A DNA stretch of 64,000 nt from an uncultured bacterium. GTDB taxonomy: Bacteria > Acidobacteriota > Thermoanaerobaculia > Multivoradales > JAHZIX01. The stretch spans positions 1 through 64,000 of the forward strand of contig CBDUPA010000007.1 in the NCBI GenBank assembly GCA_965368975.1. The letters run 5' to 3'. The position numbers were made by a program, and so were the translations under genes. The notes below the pieces were generated by a model that saw nothing but the letters and a program-made list of their open reading frames with translations, searched no databases and was not told the origin of the DNA. Shown in pieces: positions 10,292 to 19,942 of the stretch. Positions within the stretch are counted from its first letter, which is position 1. Each line of letters opens with the position of its first letter.

Positions 10292-11005
10292 TCAGTTGAT
10301 GACGGGCTTGGCGCGCTCGAAGGTCTCGGTTTCGCGGTTCCAGCGGTTCAGTACCAGGCGTCCGGTGGCTCGGATCTGCAGCCTCAGTTCGCGGTAGTCG
10401 AATCGCTCGACACGCGTCGAACCGTCCGTGAGCGTGAACGTCTTCTCGTTTTGGTGCGCCAGACGCCAGGCACCGACCTGCTCTACTGAACCGTCCGGCA
10501 GAAACACCATGCCGTCGGCCGACAGGGTCAGCGTGCCGTGCGGAGACTCCACCGCCGGCCAGGTCGAGGTATCGATCGGTACCAGGCCCACACTGGCAGC
10601 CGGACTCGCGGGTGGGCCTTCGAGATCGACGTTGGCGAGGTGGCGCAATTCCAACTGCAGCGGCGTGGCCACGTTGTCCGGAGCGATGGCCACCAGGTAA
10701 AGCTCCGGTGTCTCATTCGCGCCAGCTGGCGTGGTTTGCCCGGTCAGGACCATCACGCGGCTCTGATGCAGCACCGCGCCCTGGCGCGCACGGGCGGCTA
10801 CTAGTTGCACCGCACGGGTACCGCTGTCCAGCTGCGAGCGGTACAGTGTTTTTATGATCTCCGGTACCGCGATCACGGACAGGACCAGCATCAGCAGTAG
10901 GACCACCAGAAGCTCAATGAGCGTGAAGCCGGCATCGGTACGGTGCAAGAAAATCCCCGGCCCTGTTGGCCAGATAGGGCTCCTCTTGCCGGGCTCGAGC
11001 TGCAT
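10292..11005 (-). CDS. fimU: FimU/FimT (GspH-like) minor pilin
   Basis: DAG|FTLIELLVVLLL prepilin motif, ARARQGAV, and VFLPDG. First gene of the operon; GAGGAG RBS before the ATG at 11005. Confidence 0.75.
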   Translation of the reverse strand: MQLEPGKRSPIWPTGPGIFLHRTDAGFTLIELLVVLLLMLVLSVIAVPEIIKTLYRSQLDSGTRAVQLVAARARQGAVLHQSRVMVLTGQTTPAGANETPELYLVAIAPDNVATPLQLELRHLANVDLEGPPASPAASVGLVPIDTSTWPAVESPHGTLTLSADGMVFLPDGSVEQVGAWRLAHQNEKTFTLTDGSTRVERFDYRELRLQIRATGRLVLNRWNRETETFERAKPVIN

Positions 11006-11123
11006 GCGAATCTCCTCGCGTATAGTTGGGGGCGGCCCAAGTCTCAACCTCAACGCGAGAAGAGGCTGCAGATTTGCTCACGCTACTCTGAGGAGATTCA
11101 GGCTTTGATGACCGGAGACCAGG

Positions 11124-13031
11124 ATGCCAACCAAGGCTGACGGCATGACATCCGAAATAGAGCAGCGGCAACAGCAGCTCTTCGAGATCGTCCAGGAGGC
11201 GTTGCTGCGACCTCGCGCGGAGCGGACCGCTTTCATCGACTCTGCCTGCGCTCACGATTCGAAGTTGCTGGGTCGGGTCAAACTGCTCGTACCCGTCATG
11301 GAACAACCTGTGGGCACGAGCCAGCCGGACCAGCGCGGGGAAGACACCTGGGTCTATCGAGAACCCCAAGAGGCTCCGACGGAGATGCCGAAGACGGTCG
11401 GCCCCTATCGCCTGCTCGAGGTTCTAGGCGAAGGCGGTATGGGCAAGGTCTACCTGGCCGAGCAGACGAAGCCCATTCAACGCCACGTCGCGGTCAAGGT
11501 GGTGCGATCTCATCGGCACGGCCAGGGGCTGCGACTACGCTTCGAGTTGGAGCGGCGTACCCTGGCGCGCATGAGCCACCCCAACATCGCGCAGGTCTTC
11601 GAGGCCGGCGATCTACCCGACGGGCGCCCGTACCTGGTCATGGAACTGGTGGCCGGCATCCCACTGGATCGGTACTGTGATGAGTGGAAGTTGGACGTCG
11701 ATGCGCGCCTGGAGTTGTTTTTGCAAGTTTGTGCTGGGATCCATCATGCTCACCAGAAGGCCGTCGTGCACCGGGACATCAAGCCCCTGAATCTGCTGGT
11801 TAGCGAGGTGGATGAGCACCCGGTGGTCAAGATCCTCGACTTCGGCATTGCCAAAGACCTGGATGCTCCTCTGGGAGTGGATCAACAGACAGCAGGTGGC
11901 GTGCTCGGGACTCCCGCGTTCCTCAGCCCCGAGCTTCTCAGTCGGACGCCGGACAGCGGGGACGACAACATCGACATTCGTTCCGATGTCTTCTCGCTGG
12001 GTGTCTTGCTGTATCTCTTGCTGCTCGGTGAACTGCCCTACAGCACAGCTGATGTCAGTATGATCGACTACATCAAGCGCGTGGTGTCGAAGGATGCACC
12101 AACTCCCAGTCAACGTCTTGCTCAGCTAACCCTGCTCGAGCAGCGCGAGGTCAGTCGAGATCGAGGAACCACGCCTCAACGGCTGCTGAACCGGTTACGG
12201 GGTGACCTCGACCGGATCGTGCTCAAGGCAATCGCCCGAGATCGCATTCATCGCTACGGCTCTGCCGCCGAACTGGCCGACGACGTGAAGCGGTTTCTGG
12301 CCTTTGAGCCGGTACAGGCCCGGCCGCCGGGCAAGCTCTACGAGCTGGGCAAGTTCGTGCGTCGTAACCGAGCCGCGGTGGCGGCTTCGATCCTGGTCGT
12401 GCTGACCCTCATCGGTGGCTTGATCGCGCGAAGTTGGGAAGTTCGCGTTGCCCGTCAGGCCCAGGTCGAGGCTGAAGAGATCACGAGCGTCCTGCTCGAT
12501 CTGTTCGCTGACGCCCGCCCCCCGGGTTCAGTGGCTGAGCAAGTCACTCTGCCGCAAGCCCTCGACCGGGTTACCGAACGTATCGATGACCACTTCGCCG
12601 ACGAACCCGCCGTACGGGCGCGGTTGCTGGACACGATGGGTGGTGTCTACGTATCGCTGGGTGATTACGACCAAGTGCTAGAAGTCCTGGGGACCGCCGA
12701 GAAGCTGCAGCGGACTCTGCCGCCGGAACCCCCGGTTCAGCGCGCGCGCAGACTTCACTGGCTTGGGCAGGCGTTTCTGTTGCGGGCAAGGGACGAAGCG
12801 GGCGTCAGCGGCAGCGAGGAGGATCAGCGGCGGGCCATCGCCTACTGGCAGCAAGCTGTGCAGATCCTTCGACGGCACGATGAGCCGGGCAGCGAGGATC
12901 GCCGGGTGTTGCTGCGCCAGCTGGCTGGGTTGCACCGCGAACTTGGCGAAACACAACGAGCTCGAATGCTGGAGCAGGAACTCGCTGCCCTACCGCCGTT
13001 GCGTGGCCAGGATGAACTACCGATTCCATGA
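11124..13031 (+). CDS. Hanks-type Ser/Thr protein kinase with TM helix and short TPR region (ECF-associated type)
   Basis: GEGGMG, VAVK, HRDIKP, DFG and SPE motifs. N-terminal ERTAFIDSAC...LLGRVKLL helix; TM after KFVRRNR. Confidence 0.9.
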   Translation: MPTKADGMTSEIEQRQQQLFEIVQEALLRPRAERTAFIDSACAHDSKLLGRVKLLVPVMEQPVGTSQPDQRGEDTWVYREPQEAPTEMPKTVGPYRLLEVLGEGGMGKVYLAEQTKPIQRHVAVKVVRSHRHGQGLRLRFELERRTLARMSHPNIAQVFEAGDLPDGRPYLVMELVAGIPLDRYCDEWKLDVDARLELFLQVCAGIHHAHQKAVVHRDIKPLNLLVSEVDEHPVVKILDFGIAKDLDAPLGVDQQTAGGVLGTPAFLSPELLSRTPDSGDDNIDIRSDVFSLGVLLYLLLLGELPYSTADVSMIDYIKRVVSKDAPTPSQRLAQLTLLEQREVSRDRGTTPQRLLNRLRGDLDRIVLKAIARDRIHRYGSAAELADDVKRFLAFEPVQARPPGKLYELGKFVRRNRAAVAASILVVLTLIGGLIARSWEVRVARQAQVEAEEITSVLLDLFADARPPGSVAEQVTLPQALDRVTERIDDHFADEPAVRARLLDTMGGVYVSLGDYDQVLEVLGTAEKLQRTLPPEPPVQRARRLHWLGQAFLLRARDEAGVSGSEEDQRRAIAYWQQAVQILRRHDEPGSEDRRVLLRQLAGLHRELGETQRARMLEQELAALPPLRGQDELPIP

Positions 13032-13161
13032 CCGGTCGGAGATCTACGGGGCGAGGTCGAACCAGAATGAGCTCCCCGAGCCAGGCCGCCGCAGTGACCT
13101 CGGGAGGCATTCGTGCCCGGTCAGCCAGTTCTCCAGGCTCCAGTGCTAACAGGTGAGTGGT

Positions 13162-13198
13162 GAAACGGCCCTGACTCCGCAAGGAGCAGGGCCGTTTC
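13162..13198. terminator. Hairpin between convergent genes (probable terminator)
   Basis: GAAACGGCCCTG-A-CTCC-GCAA-GGAG-CAGGGCCGTTTC: 12-bp + 4-bp stem with a GCAA tetraloop. Confidence 0.7.
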
Positions 13199-13256
13199 GA
13201 TCGAGATCAGCGGCTCGCAGAGTACGACCCGGCGAGACGCTGTCAACGTTCGCTGA

Positions 13257-13556
13257 TCAACCGCAGACCGCTACCTTGTCGGAGCAGCAGTCGCCCCAGA
13301 AGGAGCAAGAGCTGTCGCACCAGCAACCACCCGAAGCTTGCCCGCCGCAGTTGCCGATGCAGGAGTCCGCTCCGCCACTGCCGGACGTCTCACACACATC
13401 GACACTCGAGGCCCAGCCGTAGTTGGCGCCGACGTTGCTGACACAGGTAGTACCACTGACGCACTCGCTGTTGCTGTCGCAGTCTCCCTCGCCGTCATCA
13501 CACGGGCAGGAGGCCGAGCAGTAGCTCCAGTCACCGTTGTTGCCGGAGTGGCAGCT
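13257..13556 (-). repeat. Shared ~300-nt C-terminal cassette, copy 1 of 3
   Basis: Near-identical peptide CH.G.NGDWSYCS.SCPCDDGEGDCDS.SEC...CGGQASGGCWCDSSCSFWGDCCSDKVA.CG also at 23881-24183 and 25567-25869. Confidence 0.9.
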
Positions 13557-14999
13557 GCCACCGCCGGTGCTCGGGTCGAGCCACTGTGAGACGCTGCCGT
13601 AGTAAGCGGCCAGCGCGCCGTCGTTCACGGCGTTGTCGGTGCTGTTGCAAACTTCAAGCGGATTCAGCCCGCAGGCACCGGTCAACTGACCGACCACGTG
13701 ACCAGTGGCCTTGAGCACGCCCGAGCCGGAACTGCCTCCCTCGGTGGCACCGTAGGTATGGCGGCTGTAGATCCAGGCCCCGCGGGGACGGGTGGTGCAG
13801 GTACCAGCGGAAGTGTCCACCACCTGTTCCGAGTAGGCCTGCGGTGAACCCTTCGGATGGCTCAGGCGATACAGCGGGGTGCCATTGGAGAAAGCTACCG
13901 CGGTACTGTCCCAACCCATCAGCACGCTGCCGGCCGGCAGTGAACCGGATAGCTGCAGCAGAGTGTAGTCGCTACTGCTGCCGGTGGCCAACAGCGTAGA
14001 GCCGTTGGTGCTCGGCACCGAGCCGCCGAGGGTGCAACTGCCGCCGCAGCTGGTGGTGTACTGGAAGAATACCTCCAGGGTGTTGGCGACGGTCTGCGTG
14101 CTCAGGCAGTGGTTGGCAGTCAGGAACAGCGGTACCGTGGTGGCACCATCAGTGTCGTTGAGCAAGCTACCGGAGCAGATGTAGCCTCCGCTGCCGATCA
14201 CGTACTGCATGTGCCCGACGCCGTTGGCGTTGGCCGCGATGGCTGCCGGTACTGACGAGCACGCCGCGTTCTCGACACAAGCAGCATTGGGTCCACCGGC
14301 GATAGTGCTCGGGCAGAAACTCTTGTCCGGGTCCTCCTGACCCAGGCGGCCGAGTTGGAAGCTCTCGCCCAGGTGCAGCACCTGCTCGATGGTCATCTGC
14401 TTGCGGGTGGCCCGGAAGGCGCCCTGCTCGAAGTGTAGCTGGAGACGCACCTCGTCACCGAAGATCGTGTTGGTCCACAGCTCACCGTTGTTCATCGGGC
14501 CGCTGCCCGTGTAGGGGCCGAAGGCGTGGCCATGACGGTTGTAGAGCCAAAGCTCGGCACCGTCGGGCAGGTTGAAGCCGGTGAGGTGCAGGCGCAGGGC
14601 GCTGGCGCCCGGAGACTGGATGACCCCCATCCAGACCTGGCCGCGCTGGTCGCTGCGCACACGGCCGAACATGTCCGGTTGGTTACTGGTGCGGATCGGC
14701 ACCCGAAGTTCCTTGGTGACACCCACCAACATCCGGCCTTGTTCGGTAGGAGCGTTGGCGAGACGCTGGCGGTCCGCATCAGTCAGTTCGACGACCACCG
14801 GCTCCAGGCGGGCGCGTCCTTCACGGCTGGACAGCCAGGCGGCCTGGCGCTCCTGCTCGGCGGCGCGAGCTCGCGCGTCATAGGTGCCTGTAACCGTCTC
14901 CGAATCCACCACGGCGATGGTTTGCTGGGCCGTGGTCGGGATTACGGAAAGGGCTATCAAAGCGATAGTTAGATTACTCACGATCGTACGCATAGACAT
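13257..14999 (-). CDS. Secreted S1 serine protease (lysyl-endopeptidase-like) with Cys-rich + somatomedin-B-like tail
   Basis: Signal peptide and API-like propeptide (SPGASALRLHL...GELW). Catalytic motifs TANHC, DYTLL, GGSSGS. C-terminal CWCDSSCSFWGDCCSD. Confidence 0.85.
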   Translation of the reverse strand: MSMRTIVSNLTIALIALSVIPTTAQQTIAVVDSETVTGTYDARARAAEQERQAAWLSSREGRARLEPVVVELTDADRQRLANAPTEQGRMLVGVTKELRVPIRTSNQPDMFGRVRSDQRGQVWMGVIQSPGASALRLHLTGFNLPDGAELWLYNRHGHAFGPYTGSGPMNNGELWTNTIFGDEVRLQLHFEQGAFRATRKQMTIEQVLHLGESFQLGRLGQEDPDKSFCPSTIAGGPNAACVENAACSSVPAAIAANANGVGHMQYVIGSGGYICSGSLLNDTDGATTVPLFLTANHCLSTQTVANTLEVFFQYTTSCGGSCTLGGSVPSTNGSTLLATGSSSDYTLLQLSGSLPAGSVLMGWDSTAVAFSNGTPLYRLSHPKGSPQAYSEQVVDTSAGTCTTRPRGAWIYSRHTYGATEGGSSGSGVLKATGHVVGQLTGACGLNPLEVCNSTDNAVNDGALAAYYGSVSQWLDPSTGGGSCHSGNNGDWSYCSASCPCDDGEGDCDSNSECVSGTTCVSNVGANYGWASSVDVCETSGSGGADSCIGNCGGQASGGCWCDSSCSFWGDCCSDKVAVCG

Positions 15000-15111
15000 A
15001 ACTCCAATTCCTCCTCATCCTTTGAGATTGAGGTTGTGATGTAGATGGACCCTGCGGTTCGCGGCAGAACGACCTGCTCTGAACCGAAACATGAGAGATG
15101 CAGGAACTGGT

Positions 15112-16068
15112 TCACGGGGTTTCATAGCTGGCCACCGGCTGGGGCAGGATGAACCGGAATGTGCTTCCCTTGCCGAGTTCGGATTCACACCAGACCCGTC
15201 CACCACAACGGCGTACCATCGTGCGCACGTAGGCCAACCCCACTCCCGCTCCTTGCGGTAGTTCGGGACCCAGTCGTCGAAACATCTCGAAGGCATGCTC
15301 TGCGCCCTTGGCATCCATTCCGCAACCGTTGTCCCGGACACTGAAGACCACGCCTTCTCCCTGCTGTAGTGCCCAGATTTCGATCTCCCCAGGTCGTTTC
15401 GGCTCGAGAAATTTCACGGCATTGCTGAGCAGGTTGCTCAAGATCAAGTCCAGTGCTGTCCGGTCAGCGACCACTCGAGGCAAGGTCTTCAGCTTGACTT
15501 GAATACCTTTCTGGTCGATCTGGTGGCGCAGTGATTGCACTACATCCTGGACCAAAGCTGCGGTATCAATGGGCTCTGGGCGAAGATCGATCTGGCTGAC
15601 GTGCAACAAGCTGGCCACCACGTTGAGAAGGTGCTCCATGTGCTGCGCCGCCGAACGAATGAACGCCAAGGTGTCAGGGATGCTTCGTTCCAGCATTGAG
15701 ACAAGTTGTTCTCGTTTGCCTGACTCCACTTCGGGCGACAGTTCCCGGACAAGGGGCAAAGCACGACTTCGCGTCGCCTCCAGTTCTTCGACAAAGCCCT
15801 GCAGGTTGACCAGCGGAGCTCGCAGGTCGTGCGAGATGACGGAGGCGAATCGGCGTGCTTCATCCCGGACTTCGTCCAATTCCACTGCCTGTTGCTGCAA
15901 GCGCTGCTTCAACGCTTTGTTGGTCCGCCGTAGGTGGGTGAAAAGGGCTTTGTACTTCTCGTCCCCGCTGCCTGGAGGTTCTGCCGGGGCGTCGGGAATT
16001 TCCGGCAGCTCCGACTTGATACTCTTCATTGGCTCCGTGAAGCCACTATTCTTCTTCTCTGTCACCAT
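15112..16068 (-). CDS. Soluble histidine kinase (coiled coil + HisKA + HATPase)
   Basis: SHDLRAPL H-box, NLLSNAVKF, DNGCGM, GAGVGLA. Start taken at MVTEKK (AAAGGA RBS); no TM or sensor domain seen. Confidence 0.85.
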   Translation of the reverse strand: MVTEKKNSGFTEPMKSIKSELPEIPDAPAEPPGSGDEKYKALFTHLRRTNKALKQRLQQQAVELDEVRDEARRFASVISHDLRAPLVNLQGFVEELEATRSRALPLVRELSPEVESGKREQLVSMLERSIPDTLAFIRSAAQHMEHLLNVVASLLHVSQIDLRPEPIDTAALVQDVVQSLRHQIDQKGIQVKLKTLPRVVADRTALDLILSNLLSNAVKFLEPKRPGEIEIWALQQGEGVVFSVRDNGCGMDAKGAEHAFEMFRRLGPELPQGAGVGLAYVRTMVRRCGGRVWCESELGKGSTFRFILPQPVASYETP

Positions 16069-16109
16069 AAGTCCTTTGTCATCAATCGTTGCTGTGGTCG
16101 AAGAGCCTG

Positions 16110-16149
16110 AAAAAGCGGGACCGTGCCGTGCAGTGGTGGCACGGCCCCG
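16110..16149 (-). terminator. Probable intrinsic terminator after the phosphoesterase
   Basis: CGGGACCGTGCC...GGCACGGCCCCG stem (one G-U pair on the minus strand) followed by CTTTTT on the minus strand. Confidence 0.5.
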
Positions 16150-16310
16150 GAGGGATGTACAACCGGAGCGTCTCCAGTTGTTCCAGCTGACAGATGAAGC
16201 TTCAAGAGAGTCAAACCATCGAGCACGAGGAAAAAGGCCTTCCCGCGACAGTGCGACTGCCGCGGGAAGGTGCGTAAGTCCTCGCCACGTGGTCGTGGAG
16301 AGTTTGGGAG

Positions 16311-18806
16311 TTATTGATCGACCGCGAATACGAGATCGTCGGTGTCGTCGTAGGAACCGGTGCCACAGGTACTCGCGCTTCCGCGGTAGCGGAAGTTGGC
16401 CCGCACCGCTTGCAGGCTGCCTGCAGGCAGCGTGTACTGGACGGTGAGCGTCTGCAGGCCACCAGAGGCCAGGTTGATCGTCTGGATCGGCTGCCAAGTT
16501 GGGTTGGTGGCATCGGCCGCGTAGTAGAGATCGAGATAGTCCTGCGTGCCGCTGGACCACGGGTAGACCGTGACGGCGACCTCTACCGTCTTGCCCGGCG
16601 CGAAGTCGGAGCCGTCCAGGGTGCGCACCACGACTTGGTCAATCGACTCGTCCTGGTGATAGCTACCGTTGGTGCCATCGGTGCAGGTGCCGAGCGTGTT
16701 CGGTTGGTTGGGTTCAGCGGGGTTGAGTGTGCCTCGGCTGTCGAGTAGAACGACCGAGTCGCACTCGCTGCCCGCAATGGCGCACTTGGGAGCGCCCAGA
16801 GCACTGTCATAGACGGCATCCTGAGGACCGTTGCCTCCCCCCGCGGCGCACGATGGGCTGGTGGCGCAATCGCTATCGTTGCAGTCGAACAGGCCGTCGC
16901 AGTCGTTGTCGATCCCGTCGCTGCAACTCGCCTCGGGGGTCTGGGTGACCACGCAGCTGCCGCCACCCTTGGTGATCTGGAAGCGGTCCCGGATGTCGCC
17001 ATCGTCTTCGAGGAAGCGCACATCGAGCTGCTGGTCGTTGAGATCCAGCACCAGCGATCCCATGTCGCGCAGCGAGTAGTACATCGCCGCGTGATTGAGA
17101 TTGCCGCTGCTGCTGACCTTGCCCGAACTGCCGGCCACCACGTACACCGCGCCCTGGTTGGCGCTCAGTCCGAGAGGTTTGTCGTAGGCACCACTGCCGG
17201 CCGGATTTCCGCTGCCGGAATCCACGACCATGGAACTATTGAGCGTATTGCTCTTACCGTAGTGGCCGTCGAGCAAGTACGAGCGTTCGTAGGCGTGACT
17301 GTGGCCGGAAAGCACGAGGTCCACGCCGTAACTCTCCAAGATCGGCAATGCCCGGCTGCGCATCTCGCTCATCCGAGTGTCCGAATCCGAGTCGTGTGAG
17401 CCCTTCGAATAAGGCGGGTGGTGCCAGAAGGCGATGACCCAGTCGGCGGTCGTGGCCTGCAGATCGGACTCGAGCCAGGTGAACATGTCTCCGCCGACGG
17501 AGCGATCCGTCTCGTAGGAGTCGAGGACGATGAAGTGCGCGTTGGCGTATTCGAAGGAGTAGTAGGCCTCGGTGCCGGAAGCCACACCGCCGGCTTCAGC
17601 GAGGCGCGGGAAGGTGAAGATGTCGTAGTACGGGCCGGTTTGCGTATCGGAGTCGGCTTGGTAGCCGTCGTGGTTGCCCAGGGTCGACCACACGACGGTC
17701 TGACGCAGCAGCTCCGGGTACATGTCGAACACCGCGGACTGATACTCGGCGTCGAAGCCGTCGTTGTAGGCGTTGTCGCCCAGCATCAGCAGCAGGTGCG
17801 TGTAGTCGGAGCCGGCGTAGCCGCGGTAGGCGTTATAGACGTTGGCCGCGTTGGAATTCGCGGTACCCGAATCGCCGATCACCCAGATTCGGGTGTTCTG
17901 GGTCGAGCCCACGGCAGGCGGAGTTTCGAAGAAGAAGCTGCTGCCGGTGGCATGGTCTTCGGACGACGAACCGACTGCATAGTAGTAGCGCGTGCCGCTC
18001 TGCAGGCCGGTCAGGCGTACCTCGTGCTCGGTGGTCACGGTACTGCTGGAAGCGCTTTGATGCAGGTTCGAAGCCTGGGTGCCATAGCGCACGCGACTGT
18101 TTCCCGCCGCGTCCGTGCGCCAGCGCAGGGTCACCGCGCTCGGCGTGGCCATCTGCAGGTAAGGACCTCGGGTCACGGTAACCGTGCTCGAGCCCAGCGT
18201 GCCGAGCAGTTGCAGGTCGAAGCTGATGTCCGAGCTGCCAGCACTACGCTGATGGATCTCCACGGCCAGCGTGTTCGTTCCCGCTTGCAGCAGAGTCGAC
18301 GAAATGCCCGTGGTGGTGTTCCAGGCATCCTCATCGGAGCCCGCAACGGAACCAGTGGAGTAGGTCAGATAGTTGACCGACCCACTAGGCATGTTGGAAC
18401 GCCAGATCTCGGTGCCGTTGAGATAGACAATGGCGCCATCGTCGCGGATCACCCGCAAGGTCAAGCTGCCGTAGTCGTTGGGGTCGGTTACCGAGAACTG
18501 CTTGCGGAAGTACGTGGTGGGATACTTGTTCGAGCTACTCGAGCCGTAAGAAACCACCGTAGCCTCGTCGTTGTCTCCGTAGCCCAGCTGTGCCGGCCCG
18601 GAGTCCCAAGAGCTGTCGTTGAACGACGTTCCCCGCCATGCGGTACCTTGATTCGAGCCGTTGTCCAGGTACTTCCAAGTCGAGCCGCCAGAGACGATGG
18701 TGTCCTGCGCGGCTGCCGGAATACCGATGATCAGGGCAAGGCATATCCCAATAGCGCCGTACAGCCATCTATACTTTCTTGTTGAAATCCGTTTCTTTTC
18801 CAGCAT
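16311..18806 (-). CDS. Secreted multidomain metallophosphoesterase (purple acid phosphatase family)
   Basis: Signal peptide; N-terminal WKYLDNG beta domain; PAP N-domain (RGPYLQ...HEVRLTGL). Metal motifs GDSG, GDNAY, GNHD, HHPPY, GHSH. Then a CSDGIDNDCDG motif and a C-terminal Cys domain. Confidence 0.9.
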   Translation of the reverse strand: MLEKKRISTRKYRWLYGAIGICLALIIGIPAAAQDTIVSGGSTWKYLDNGSNQGTAWRGTSFNDSSWDSGPAQLGYGDNDEATVVSYGSSSSNKYPTTYFRKQFSVTDPNDYGSLTLRVIRDDGAIVYLNGTEIWRSNMPSGSVNYLTYSTGSVAGSDEDAWNTTTGISSTLLQAGTNTLAVEIHQRSAGSSDISFDLQLLGTLGSSTVTVTRGPYLQMATPSAVTLRWRTDAAGNSRVRYGTQASNLHQSASSSTVTTEHEVRLTGLQSGTRYYYAVGSSSEDHATGSSFFFETPPAVGSTQNTRIWVIGDSGTANSNAANVYNAYRGYAGSDYTHLLLMLGDNAYNDGFDAEYQSAVFDMYPELLRQTVVWSTLGNHDGYQADSDTQTGPYYDIFTFPRLAEAGGVASGTEAYYSFEYANAHFIVLDSYETDRSVGGDMFTWLESDLQATTADWVIAFWHHPPYSKGSHDSDSDTRMSEMRSRALPILESYGVDLVLSGHSHAYERSYLLDGHYGKSNTLNSSMVVDSGSGNPAGSGAYDKPLGLSANQGAVYVVAGSSGKVSSSGNLNHAAMYYSLRDMGSLVLDLNDQQLDVRFLEDDGDIRDRFQITKGGGSCVVTQTPEASCSDGIDNDCDGLFDCNDSDCATSPSCAAGGGNGPQDAVYDSALGAPKCAIAGSECDSVVLLDSRGTLNPAEPNQPNTLGTCTDGTNGSYHQDESIDQVVVRTLDGSDFAPGKTVEVAVTVYPWSSGTQDYLDLYYAADATNPTWQPIQTINLASGGLQTLTVQYTLPAGSLQAVRANFRYRGSASTCGTGSYDDTDDLVFAVDQ

Positions 18807-18918
18807 GGTTGCTATCTCCTACCAATTTGACCGTGGAGGTCATTGAGGATCGGAGCCTCCGAAGTCCGGTGGCTCCAGGATCCGGCTCAGGCGAGCCGGT
18901 AAAGGAATTCAGCTTGTC

Positions 18919-19806
18919 TCAGTCCTTCGGTACGGTGAGATCTTGGAGGGCGGCTTCAGCGTGCTTGGTCAAGGCCTGCATTGCTGGCACCGAGCGGCGG
19001 TAAGGCGGTAGCGCCTGCAGCGCCTGCAGTGCCGCCTGGTAGGCTTGGCGTGCCGCTTCGGGCCTGCCGGTATGTCGCAGCAGGTCGCCTTGGTCCACGC
19101 GCCAGCGCGCCGGGTTCGGCGAGGTGGAGGCCAGGTTGTCCAGGCGGCTCAGTGCTTCCTCGACCTGGTTACTGCGGCTCAGTAGCTCGACGGCGCGAAC
19201 TTCCAGGCTGACGACCGAGCCGAGTTGCTCGATCCCCGCATCCAGGGCTCGCACGGCGTCGGAGATCCGACTGGCCGCCGCAAGTGCATCAGCGTGCGCC
19301 AAGTAATGTGCCGGCCGCGGACTGTCGGCCCAACTCAATGCCTGGTCGTAGGCCGAGGCGGCTTCGCCGTAACGACCAAGAGCCTGCAGTACGTCACCAC
19401 GCAGCATGCCGCCGCGGAAGCGCCCGCCGGGGTTGTCCGCCTCCAGACTGCGCAGGAAGTGGTTCACCGACGTCAGAGCCGCCTCGGGAATCGCCAGCGA
19501 CAGCCAGCCCTGTGCCAGGAAGTAGTGTGCTGAGCGCTCTTCGGGATTGACCCGTAGCGCCTGGTTCAGATCCTCGATCGCCTCGGTCCAATGGCGATCC
19601 TCCAGGTAGAGCCGGCCTCGCTTGAGCCACAGTTCGCTGTCGTCGGGAGCTGCTTCGAGTCGCTCACTGATCTCCACGATCTGCTCGTGGATGGCGCCGT
19701 GGGCCCACAGGCTGGAACTCGCGAAACTCAGGAGCAAAGCGAGGCTGAAGATCTGAGACCACTTCGGGGCGCGGCAAGGCTGGGGCACGTTGCTGACGGT
19801 GCACAT
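18919..19806 (-). CDS. Secreted tetratricopeptide-repeat protein
   Basis: Signal peptide ending LWA|HG; repeated TPR helices (AIEDLNQALRVNP; EAASAYDQAL). GGAGGAG RBS. Confidence 0.8.
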   Translation of the reverse strand: MCTVSNVPQPCRAPKWSQIFSLALLLSFASSSLWAHGAIHEQIVEISERLEAAPDDSELWLKRGRLYLEDRHWTEAIEDLNQALRVNPEERSAHYFLAQGWLSLAIPEAALTSVNHFLRSLEADNPGGRFRGGMLRGDVLQALGRYGEAASAYDQALSWADSPRPAHYLAHADALAAASRISDAVRALDAGIEQLGSVVSLEVRAVELLSRSNQVEEALSRLDNLASTSPNPARWRVDQGDLLRHTGRPEAARQAYQAALQALQALPPYRRSVPAMQALTKHAEAALQDLTVPKD

Positions 19807-19942
19807 GGCTCCTCCGGAGGAAGTGAGTAATGCGAGGTATCGGGGGAGAAGATGCAAGACGATTCGAAGTCGGAGTCGACACCCCGAGCCACCCCGGCAG
19901 GCATGAATGCCTACCGAGGTGAGTCGAGCGATGTCGCTGCGG

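Noticed and set aside
16069-16560. N-terminal extension of the histidine kinase ORF
   Set aside because: Overlaps the phosphoesterase gene and a terminator-like hairpin; a better RBS lies before 16068.
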